DNA from: Gemmataceae bacterium
Lineage (GTDB): Bacteria > Planctomycetota > Planctomycetia > Gemmatales > Gemmataceae
Assembly: GCA_043733485.1 (NCBI GenBank)
Contig: JAYTGN010000107.1
Span: 7,284-71,283, forward strand
DNA length: 64,000 nt
Reading direction: 5' to 3'
How positions within the stretch are numbered: position 1 is the first letter of the stretch; each line of letters begins with the position of its first letter. The translations under genes were made by a program, and so were the position numbers. The notes under the pieces were generated by a model that saw only the letters and a program-made list of their open reading frames with translations, was not told the origin of the DNA and made no database searches. This document shows positions 60,101 to 64,000 of this stretch, in pieces.

Positions 60101-63100
60101 CATCGTTCACGAATGGTTCGGTGACGTTCTCGAAACTGGCCGTCGGCGGTGCCGGCGGGAAGCTGGCGGCCACCGGCGACCTGACCGCGGACAACACGCC
60201 AATCAGCTTCTACGTCACGAATGGAAGCGTGTCGGCCGACGACGTCTTCCTCACCAACAAGTCGAAGCTCACGTTCTTCGCGGATGGCGGGAGCCTCACC
60301 GCCGGCACCATCGCGGTGCCCGCCACGTTGAACCTCAGCGGCAGTGCCCTGGTCAAGTTCGCCAATAACGGCACCCTGACGGCCGGTGCCACGACTCTGA
60401 CCAACTCCACGGTCTCGGGCGGCACCAACACCACGGTCAAGCTCGGCACTCTGGCGTCGACGTCGAGCACGATCGGGTTCGGCGACAACAGCAACGCCAT
60501 CACCGGCAACATCGGCATCACCGGCGGCTCGATCGCGCTGGGTAAGAACTCCAGCCTGACGGCGGGGAACATCGTCGACAGCGGAGCCAACATCACCCTG
60601 GGGACCACGAGCACGTTCACGGCTGCGAACGTGACGGTGACCAACGGCGGAATCCTCCTCGGCAACACCGGCAACGGCGGCACGTTCGCCGCCAACGATC
60701 TCACGCTCACGAATTCCGCCTTCATCCAGGGCACCAGCGCCTTCTTCACGACTGCGGGTAACATCGTCCTCACGACTTCCTCGATCGCCATCGGAGCCGG
60801 GGGTACTGGCTCCGCTCAGAGCATCTCGCTCGTCACGAGTTCGATCTCGCTCGGGGCGGGAACCACGCTCGCCATCAGCGGCGACATCGACGGCAACTCG
60901 AGCTTCCTCGGCGGTTCCTCGATCGACGGGCAGGGCACCATCGACCTGGGCAGCGGCGTTCACTCCTCGAACGTGGGCAACGGCGATGGGATCGACAACA
61001 TCGACCTCGTCATCACGACGAAGATCGCGGCGACCTCGGCCGCCCGCTTGAACAAGAGTGGCGTCGGCCGCTTGCAACTCGCTCCGTCCTCGACCACAGC
61101 ACTCGGTCTCGGCATCTCCCAGGGCGATGTGCAGGTCGATGGAGTTTTGACGGGGCCCGTTCAAATTTCCGGCGGCACGCTGAGCGGTTCGGGTGCCGTG
61201 GGAACCCTCACCGGCACCTCTGGCGGACCCGTGATCGGAAGGGTGGCACCCGGAGCGAACTGGGCCGCGACCAAGAGCGGGATCCTCGGCAGCGCATCGG
61301 CCGTGTGGGGGCCGCAAACCACGTTCTCCGTCGATCTCTCCAGCAGCATTGCCAACAACCCGACCCCGGGCACGGACTACGATCAACTCGCGGTCGCCGG
61401 CAACATCGATCTCGGCAACGCCGTGCTCGATGCCCACTACGGCACCGGCATCCTCATCGGCGATTCGTACACGATCATCACCTACACCGGAACCCGTACC
61501 GGCAAGTTCAACAGCCAAGACATCGTGTTCGTCACCGGTCAGAAATTCTCGATCGACTACAGCGTGACGGGCAGCGTGATTCTGCACAAGATTCGGGCCG
61601 ACGCGACCATCACCATGACGGCCGTTCCGCTCACCTCGACCTTCAACCAGACCGTCACGTTCACCGCGACAATCGTTCCCGAAGCCGACTCGATGCTGAT
61701 TCCGAACACGACGACCGTGACCTTCCACATCGACGGGATCGACACGCCCCTGGTGACGGTCGGTGCGTCGAATCAGGCGGTTTACACGATCACGAGCCTG
61801 TCGGTCGGAACGCACGTGCTCACCGCCACGTTCAACGGCAACATCGATACCTTCAATCTGTCCAACACGCCGCTGCCGAACGTGATCCAGACGGTGCAGC
61901 AGCCGACAGTCGATCCGCTGATCGGCGTTCCGAGCGGCACGCCGGCCTACCTCTCGCCGAACAACGCGAGCAGCGTGGGCGTGCAGGACCAGTACGACCT
62001 CTCGAGCAACGTACACCTCGAACGCGGCACGATCGCCTGGAACATCGCGATCAAGAACAGTGCGTCGACCACGGTTCGGACCTTGAGCGGTTCCGGCAGC
62101 CCCGGTGCGGGAACGGACATCGCGATTAACGCCTCGTGGGACGGGAAGACCACGGGCGGTTCGTTCGCGATCGACGGCAACTACACCGCAACCGTCACGG
62201 TGAACGATTCGTTCGGCAACACCTTCGCTGCGGCTCCGATCCCCGTCGTCGTGGACAACACCTCGCCGACGGCATCGACGAGTACGCCGAGCCCGATCTT
62301 GATCGACCCGACGGCCGCCAGCACGCTGCCGACCCACAGCGTTCTCACCGGCACCGTCGGCGACCTCAACCTCTCCGGCTGGGTACTCGACATCAAGAAC
62401 GGCAACACCCTGCTCCGCCAGTTCAGCGGCACGGGCACGACCGTGAACGTGGACTGGGACGGCAAGTACGTCGTGGGCAACCCCACGGCCACGCCGGGTG
62501 CCTCCGATCCCTTCGCGCCGGATGCCGCTTACGCGGTCTCGATCACCGCGCTCGATCTCGCGGGTAACCGCACCACCTCGACGACCCAAACGGTGGTCGT
62601 GCTGGCGAACGGGCCGATCGTCACGGTGGATACCGGTGCCTCGACCGTTTACGGCACGACGTTCACGATCACGGCCACGGCGGACCTGCCGGCCGGTTCG
62701 CCGGCCTCGCTCTACTCGCTCCTCGCCGGCGACACCATCAACTTCTTCCAGGGTGCGGCCTCGCTCGGAACCGGAACGCTCGCACTCAACGGAACCACGG
62801 GCAAGTACCAGACCAGCATCACCAGCCCGATCTTGAACGCGGGAACGTATTCGAACTTCAAGGCCGTCTACCCGGCCACGGCGGACTTCCCGCTCGGCAA
62901 CTCGCCGCTCGCCAGCCACATCGTGACGAAGGCACTGCTCACCGTCACGGCGAACGACAAGACTCGCCTCTACGGGGCGGCGAACCCGCCGTTCACCTTC
63001 ACGGCCACGGGCCTCGTGAACGGGGATACCCTCGCCGCCGTGCTCGCGGGAACGCCAGCGACCACCGCCACGCCCGCCAGCAACGTGGGAACCTACCCGA

Positions 63101-64000
63101 TCACCGTCGGAAGCGTGACTCCGAACGGGAACTACCAGATCACCACGTTCAACAACGGCACGCTCTCGATTACTCCGGCACCGCTCACGATCAAGGTGAA
63201 CGACGCCACGCGGCCGCTCAACACCGTGAATCCGACGTTCACCTACACCGTTCTGGGGTTGTTGAACGGCGATCCGGCGTCGGTCGTGAGCAACGTGACG
63301 CTCACCACGACCGCAGTGTTCAACAGCCCGGTCGGATCGTACCCGATCACCGTGAGCGGGACGCCCACCGTGGGCTCGAACTACACGATTGCGAGCATCG
63401 TGCCCGGAGCGCTCGCGATCACGCCGAAGCTCACGAGCTTCTCGCTCGGCAGCGGGGCCGGCGGCATCGCGATCGTGAGCCTGTACAACCCGGACGGCTC
63501 GCTGGTCAAGACGCTGACGCCGTTCGGTTCGTTCTTCGGCGGCGTTCGCACCGTGACTGCCGACTTCAACGGCGACGGCGTGAACGACCTCGCGGTCGGC
63601 ACCGGCCCGGGAGCCATCGCTCAGGTCTCCGTCTTCGACGGCGTAACGGGAGCAAACCTGTTCACCGCGTTCCCGTTCGAAACGCCCGGCGTGCCGTCCT
63701 TTACCGGCGGCCTCTTCGTCGCGGCCGGCGACATCGACGGCGACGGCAAGGCGGAACTCGTCATCACCCCGGATGAAGGTGGCGGCCCGCGCGTCATCGT
63801 GCAACGCGGTGGAACCTTCGCCCCGATGCTCAGCTACTTCGGCATCAACGACCCGGCCTTCCGCGGTGGTGCCCGCGCCGCCGTGGGCGACCTCAACGGC
63901 GACGGGTTCGCGGACATCGCCGTCTCCGCCGGATTCCAGGGCGGGCCGCGCATCTCGCTCTGGGATGGCCGATCGCTCGCCAGCAACCAGTTCGTGAACC
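48193..64000 (+). CDS. Giant secreted/surface protein (>5269 aa, 3' end outside window): LEPRxLL-type N-terminus, autotransporter-associated beta-strand repeats, BNR/GH74-like propeller, long beta-helix, Ig-like (Big_3-, FlgD-, MBG-like) domains, FG-GAP repeats
   Basis: Absent from the track because it has no stop codon. ATG at 48193 follows GGGAG. Sampled lines stay in frame to the last one (WDGRSLASNQFVN), and the track shows no terminated + ORF in this frame. Motifs: LEERATPA (48286); KxGxGxLxLxGxNTYxGxTxI repeats; TGRVTGTAVDPTDPNVIY...GGGAWKTKDGG; SWDGK; LTVTANDKTRLYGAANP; ADFNGDGVNDLAVG / GDIDGDGKAEL / GDLNGDGFADI. Confidence 0.93.
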   Translation, partial: MSKTLRGHRWTGWSARRPSLLRPFPVLRVEELEERATPASFTWSGAGGNANWSNAANWQGGSAPTGNPLALDALSFPSGVSVAAHNTINNLNNATFFSISISDPNYTISGKSITLGSATASGNISSTGTNDIVALDIALGAANGSKQFFTVGAGGDLTLSGKISGNTGSIFTKDGIGILVLANDNSNFTGPIQIDNTGGVLRITNSKALGDSVGETTVGTNSTLQVSNVAGSINEPLRLNGPGVSNLGALRSFAGANTWSGTVILDSDATFGAAVGTSVNLTGQISDTGTSRNVTKEDFGEVRFSGSNTYRGSTTINNGVLTAADANALGTADKTTATGTVVNETLSKAGRLQIAGPAGSGFTILNEALVLNGDGLVSSTTNAGSQIPYGFDNYGKGAFYNSTGNNTWAGPVTLGSLGKTSTNYAALGAADGTDIIVSGIVTGGAGFLLEKVEPGRVILNNVNTYKGNTRVYEGILNIRDSGALGAVTATTGLVDVVDGGTLELEVEAATTTPRFGYDQATGNSTGRDLWNDSVTLDPNALTLSNPITINGRGFQNTGALRSRSGINTVTVDVNLDRLAFPFALTGDGSDASIGVDQDLRPGHPSPNSNYFTSDYSLTILGQITGGTYTEFVKRGAGHLILPGANTYQGVTQIEQGWVTIEDNNALGVDIVGLGDTVQPEVYVLTGAALHLKAPSAGAPLDIKKNITIGGTGPTHNYSLINAKGALVNIGGDNTWSGDIELLAATGIGVEQIFAGLPSELTVTGSTLDSINTQTFTGDGGVKEQVYWIDTGTTGTTYAINWNFTPPVNPPEPIADRLTVYYPPRFTGVPATQIYNTGYVFGVGSKNLTFGPGSSTIAEFVMNGNPPGGGLFSLFTITIASPTVAGSLYKYGSQRLRLQGDGTYTGETRVLEGTLRAENDTALGHKSSGTLIGSQTFSQTMTTVSTGAVLETAKGITTNNGGIASGIQIYDERLVLSGSGYQVAVAGDPLSATFVLNYTGPTGSTFSTQPLPVTSTALDLQTALFSAPITTDGETATVTKVGNVFSIVFGTAISKDLQNLSASIFGGAEVKITDGQSSVINVSADNAWRGPITLAAGSRFRANADTRLSVLAPIDDALNTLGGSQLAKRGNGELVLGGANTYRGITLIDEGIVTAANSQAFGFGDGTPGSGTIVSGNAQLQIQGNLTIASEALSVTGTGPNTGSAPTNIPIRWLEVGGAPINNGQTPGALPVTGRVTGTAVDPTDPNVIYISTAGGGAWKTKDGGHTWLPLFDLGSPTAPLRGGAIAVDPSDPTNIYYGTGETNNSGDSYAGTGVYNSKDSGRTWTLITGTGANPNPLYGQSISKIAVQPQFVLPNGTVLPLTIYVGSSDYQVNNSPAGAPGVWRYNGTTWLNLTGTTSDYRATQKGKAPFDVFPPNTPGPDDDYRVTFPQQNVTWTDLAIVYYDPDPSQPNGFPPQPVPVLYASLTEQFGTWLPPQAPYNGVTRIGFQFGGYNSGVFRTESPWTAKPAWFEGDSGATASAPPVPDNRANNLFPTGPWLSSGFADLTMLPNNGRIQLTVQVDATQLWRGTTVYAAVTFPISGIGSANDARLQTIRKSTDSGKAWTVLAIPVLMQDYQGPAFGGQGWYDTAITSSDPRTVYVAGSTGSNVWQTKDGGTNWNDLTLFANSPHADEHALTLIGSGPNAKLIVGGDGGVWTFDPTSRTWNDINGTLAITTFNGIATHPNDYNIAYGGSQDNGTEKFTGSLAWDHIDDGDGGIVQLDQTNPNIVYHILNGTIRKSIDAGATWTTIFFGTGLYYPFVLDQVNPQRLVTSNGQPSLSESLDGGNTWNDLNYVPFPLFSSSPVSIALAQFQGPFNADANPSTGFPNVGDIGSNTYDARTIYVTDASTVFVTKDGGLTWQDRGPGVTDNKFTLDFTTGALKYKNIGPITVTSNTAGVYVTARTLRDGDNTGSFNQFGSAKDEQQTVEVVFPTGTVGTFNLSFTIAAQGAPFNTPARTVNLTNISNTISGAGLLGLINTAIGAYNGNEVQLLQFSNVAAGATFTLSDGVNTTAAIPLPTTAAAINAALSIATPARINAVASPAPNGAFYLTLTPPANTALPLLVAAGSSAEVYVKEVQQGGAGSVSVSLTAGTGPSWTHVAVDPSNRDAVYVTALYAEHQNGPTVFRSTDAGRAWADISGTGLPMSQVGTSQPAWTIVVDARDGKLYVGTDVGTYFSNDDGNTWAPLGSGMPNVQVKDLVLNQTLNTLSAGTYGRSMFQTFLNYAKADFGAIRAVSGNSVWTGPVTLTGNAEFHVDGAPNIQNGITSASLNILGVIGGNFDITKTGQGTLVFSGANTYGGQTFVSEGILQANNPNALGSPLANTIVEIGAALELATDLYLEPITVNGVGYSLNDHNTGSLRNIAGFNTYTGPLTMGTDTTIGVNSGTQLTIGGIPGNPAVGTGSIADGGLAFNLTKELTGTLVLASANTYGGLTNVVQGALRVEDANALGDAANGTIVSDGAQLQISRNNVTLAPTVVSTEQLLLSGTGIFGTGAILNVRGDLDPTGTNDNTWQGPIVLTRVPNFSPSTTPTSIVSLGSSDSRDTLTIDVSIAEDVVFAPFDVNKVGPGRVTFARDNFYSGQTNVNGGSLRVQTVGGLGTGAPGTVVNSGSLELDSTGLNYVEILTLNGDGVVNAGALNNVSGDNSYSGPITLASNTSIGAVGGTTLTVQGLLQDPTPIPVPAARLRKAGAGTVVFPNAKDYGGLTVVDNGILNIRTPLALGNLRSEIQNVQVVATTGTFRLSYRGQTTSQLPFDATALQVETALNALSTIGGVGGSVTVLLTSGAGINTYAVTFGGALANTQLPQIEAIYVSPVVATVQNGSATLGEVQTVRVTASGGNFGLTFNGFTTTAIPVNDPASSLQAALNALPSIGGIGGFVSVFRAGSLNDYTYTVVFGGTLATGNLPPMISAVVGGTLVTTGTNLDGQGGTTVNAGGTLQLEGSMTFAFPATGEIITLNGQGFNPGTGALGALNILNGNVDWTSPLPLLLGSDASIGVTNATDTLTMFGPISDSGGRFDLDIYGLGTTRFAGNGTGSYGGNTYTIYTGTTTVHSGLVLLDVTGSNAIRGPLVVGDGIGAPLSAVVRELQGNEVADTSPVTVKSDGLFDLNGFTETFGNLTVAGGQVVTQDNGHLTTGTITMTGGSILVGDNASLTGGNTNMSAGALIQGGLNSTISLGDLTMDASLINFLPPGPATFSAGNITMTNGSQIVLPQGNFTSLDIYLDGGTVLPYGKISLGDDSTLSARNVTVLNNGNIALGQRDTFTASGAVSVSSNGIIQLDQDGLFAITGNLTLAGGTVKLADATVANKAKLTAAEIAMTGTSVIQIGNNGHLNATGKVSNTGGAIALGSYTLAAPGGVVDFTAGGNVAIVDGSVTFGTSGLFNNQAFDLSLNNSLFQMGNNGTAKTKNVSLSNSSNFTFANTGTLDAAAGNLTMTGGSNLTFLNNGNATTKDIAITGGSIAFLDTGTLAAGNVNDVGAPIRFGNTGVFTAATVTVTGGGSIGFGTLNYPVDPFVIGGTNSTFTATGAVSFTDGDLWMGDSSTAKANSLSLATGSQVTFNDFGTLIDAGLLTLTGASQIIFGDNGKATSLNASQTGGLISFLTNGELDTANYTDIGGAVSFKAFGTFNAATVSVTNGSIGFTDSGKFTTTGNLSLATSKLVLGNLGTVSTKAVTTTGASKIQMGNDGTIDTTTVTVNPGGTILLGNNDKFTAAGTVSIDGSTATFGTDGLFKITGNLSLTNSTLALGTNGKVQLLGTGNATLATASKLTFADSGTLAADGNLTMTGTSKLAFGNFGSASVRDLKVTTGSIAMLDNSSFTAYGLAEIKGATVSLGTTSTFTVNGATTIAVSGPNAASLTLGNIGTLQTGDLTLTTATVTLGANSKATTLDLLVTGTSTVTVGDTSTFNAKNVTDTTGTFAFGIDNKFLITGAASFTNGSVTFSKLAVGGAGGKLAATGDLTADNTPISFYVTNGSVSADDVFLTNKSKLTFFADGGSLTAGTIAVPATLNLSGSALVKFANNGTLTAGATTLTNSTVSGGTNTTVKLGTLASTSSTIGFGDNSNAITGNIGITGGSIALGKNSSLTAGNIVDSGANITLGTTSTFTAANVTVTNGGILLGNTGNGGTFAANDLTLTNSAFIQGTSAFFTTAGNIVLTTSSIAIGAGGTGSAQSISLVTSSISLGAGTTLAISGDIDGNSSFLGGSSIDGQGTIDLGSGVHSSNVGNGDGIDNIDLVITTKIAATSAARLNKSGVGRLQLAPSSTTALGLGISQGDVQVDGVLTGPVQISGGTLSGSGAVGTLTGTSGGPVIGRVAPGANWAATKSGILGSASAVWGPQTTFSVDLSSSIANNPTPGTDYDQLAVAGNIDLGNAVLDAHYGTGILIGDSYTIITYTGTRTGKFNSQDIVFVTGQKFSIDYSVTGSVILHKIRADATITMTAVPLTSTFNQTVTFTATIVPEADSMLIPNTTTVTFHIDGIDTPLVTVGASNQAVYTITSLSVGTHVLTATFNGNIDTFNLSNTPLPNVIQTVQQPTVDPLIGVPSGTPAYLSPNNASSVGVQDQYDLSSNVHLERGTIAWNIAIKNSASTTVRTLSGSGSPGAGTDIAINASWDGKTTGGSFAIDGNYTATVTVNDSFGNTFAAAPIPVVVDNTSPTASTSTPSPILIDPTAASTLPTHSVLTGTVGDLNLSGWVLDIKNGNTLLRQFSGTGTTVNVDWDGKYVVGNPTATPGASDPFAPDAAYAVSITALDLAGNRTTSTTQTVVVLANGPIVTVDTGASTVYGTTFTITATADLPAGSPASLYSLLAGDTINFFQGAASLGTGTLALNGTTGKYQTSITSPILNAGTYSNFKAVYPATADFPLGNSPLASHIVTKALLTVTANDKTRLYGAANPPFTFTATGLVNGDTLAAVLAGTPATTATPASNVGTYPITVGSVTPNGNYQITTFNNGTLSITPAPLTIKVNDATRPLNTVNPTFTYTVLGLLNGDPASVVSNVTLTTTAVFNSPVGSYPITVSGTPTVGSNYTIASIVPGALAITPKLTSFSLGSGAGGIAIVSLYNPDGSLVKTLTPFGSFFGGVRTVTADFNGDGVNDLAVGTGPGAIAQVSVFDGVTGANLFTAFPFETPGVPSFTGGLFVAAGDIDGDGKAELVITPDEGGGPRVIVQRGGTFAPMLSYFGINDPAFRGGARAAVGDLNGDGFADIAVSAGFQGGPRISLWDGRSLASNQFVN

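Noticed and set aside
54430-63804. 1290-aa and 1412-aa - strand ORFs
   Set aside because: Codon-aligned antisense shadows of the giant + strand gene; V/A/R/G-rich with no independent motifs, SD or signal.

Overview
High-GC bacterial chromosomal segment. It is almost certainly Planctomycetota and probably Gemmataceae-like. This is inferred from the PSD1/PSCyt + DUF1501 pair, DUF1571, the LEPRxLL-type N-terminal motif, C-terminal FG-GAP repeats and numerous Ser/Thr kinases. From left to right it holds: a partial class-III aminotransferase; a decayed tyrosine-integrase remnant behind tRNA-Gly(GCC); cinA; a sensor-less sigma54 activator; an Ntn asparaginase; a metallophosphoesterase; a pseudokinase; an LRR lipoprotein fused onto a frameshifted hicB-like remnant; and pnp and rpsO. 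Next come an ECF42 sigma/VOC/DGPF cluster with two visible ECF42-type promoters, an MFP + two RND pumps, a kinase-WD40, and DUF1501/PSD1 split by a low-GC gene. These are followed by tRNA-Ile2, an ECF + ZAS anti-sigma operon carrying a C39 peptidase/small-protein pair, an RpoD-family sigma, and a kinase + two small orphan genes. The last 15.8 kb is one open frame missing from the ORF track (48193 to >64000, >5269 aa). It encodes a giant secreted beta-helix protein with globular domains nested inside one another. Several families of REP/MITE-like palindromes sit in intergenic gaps. No CRISPR, rRNA or intact transposase is seen. All family assignments come from motif recognition by eye; no database search was run.
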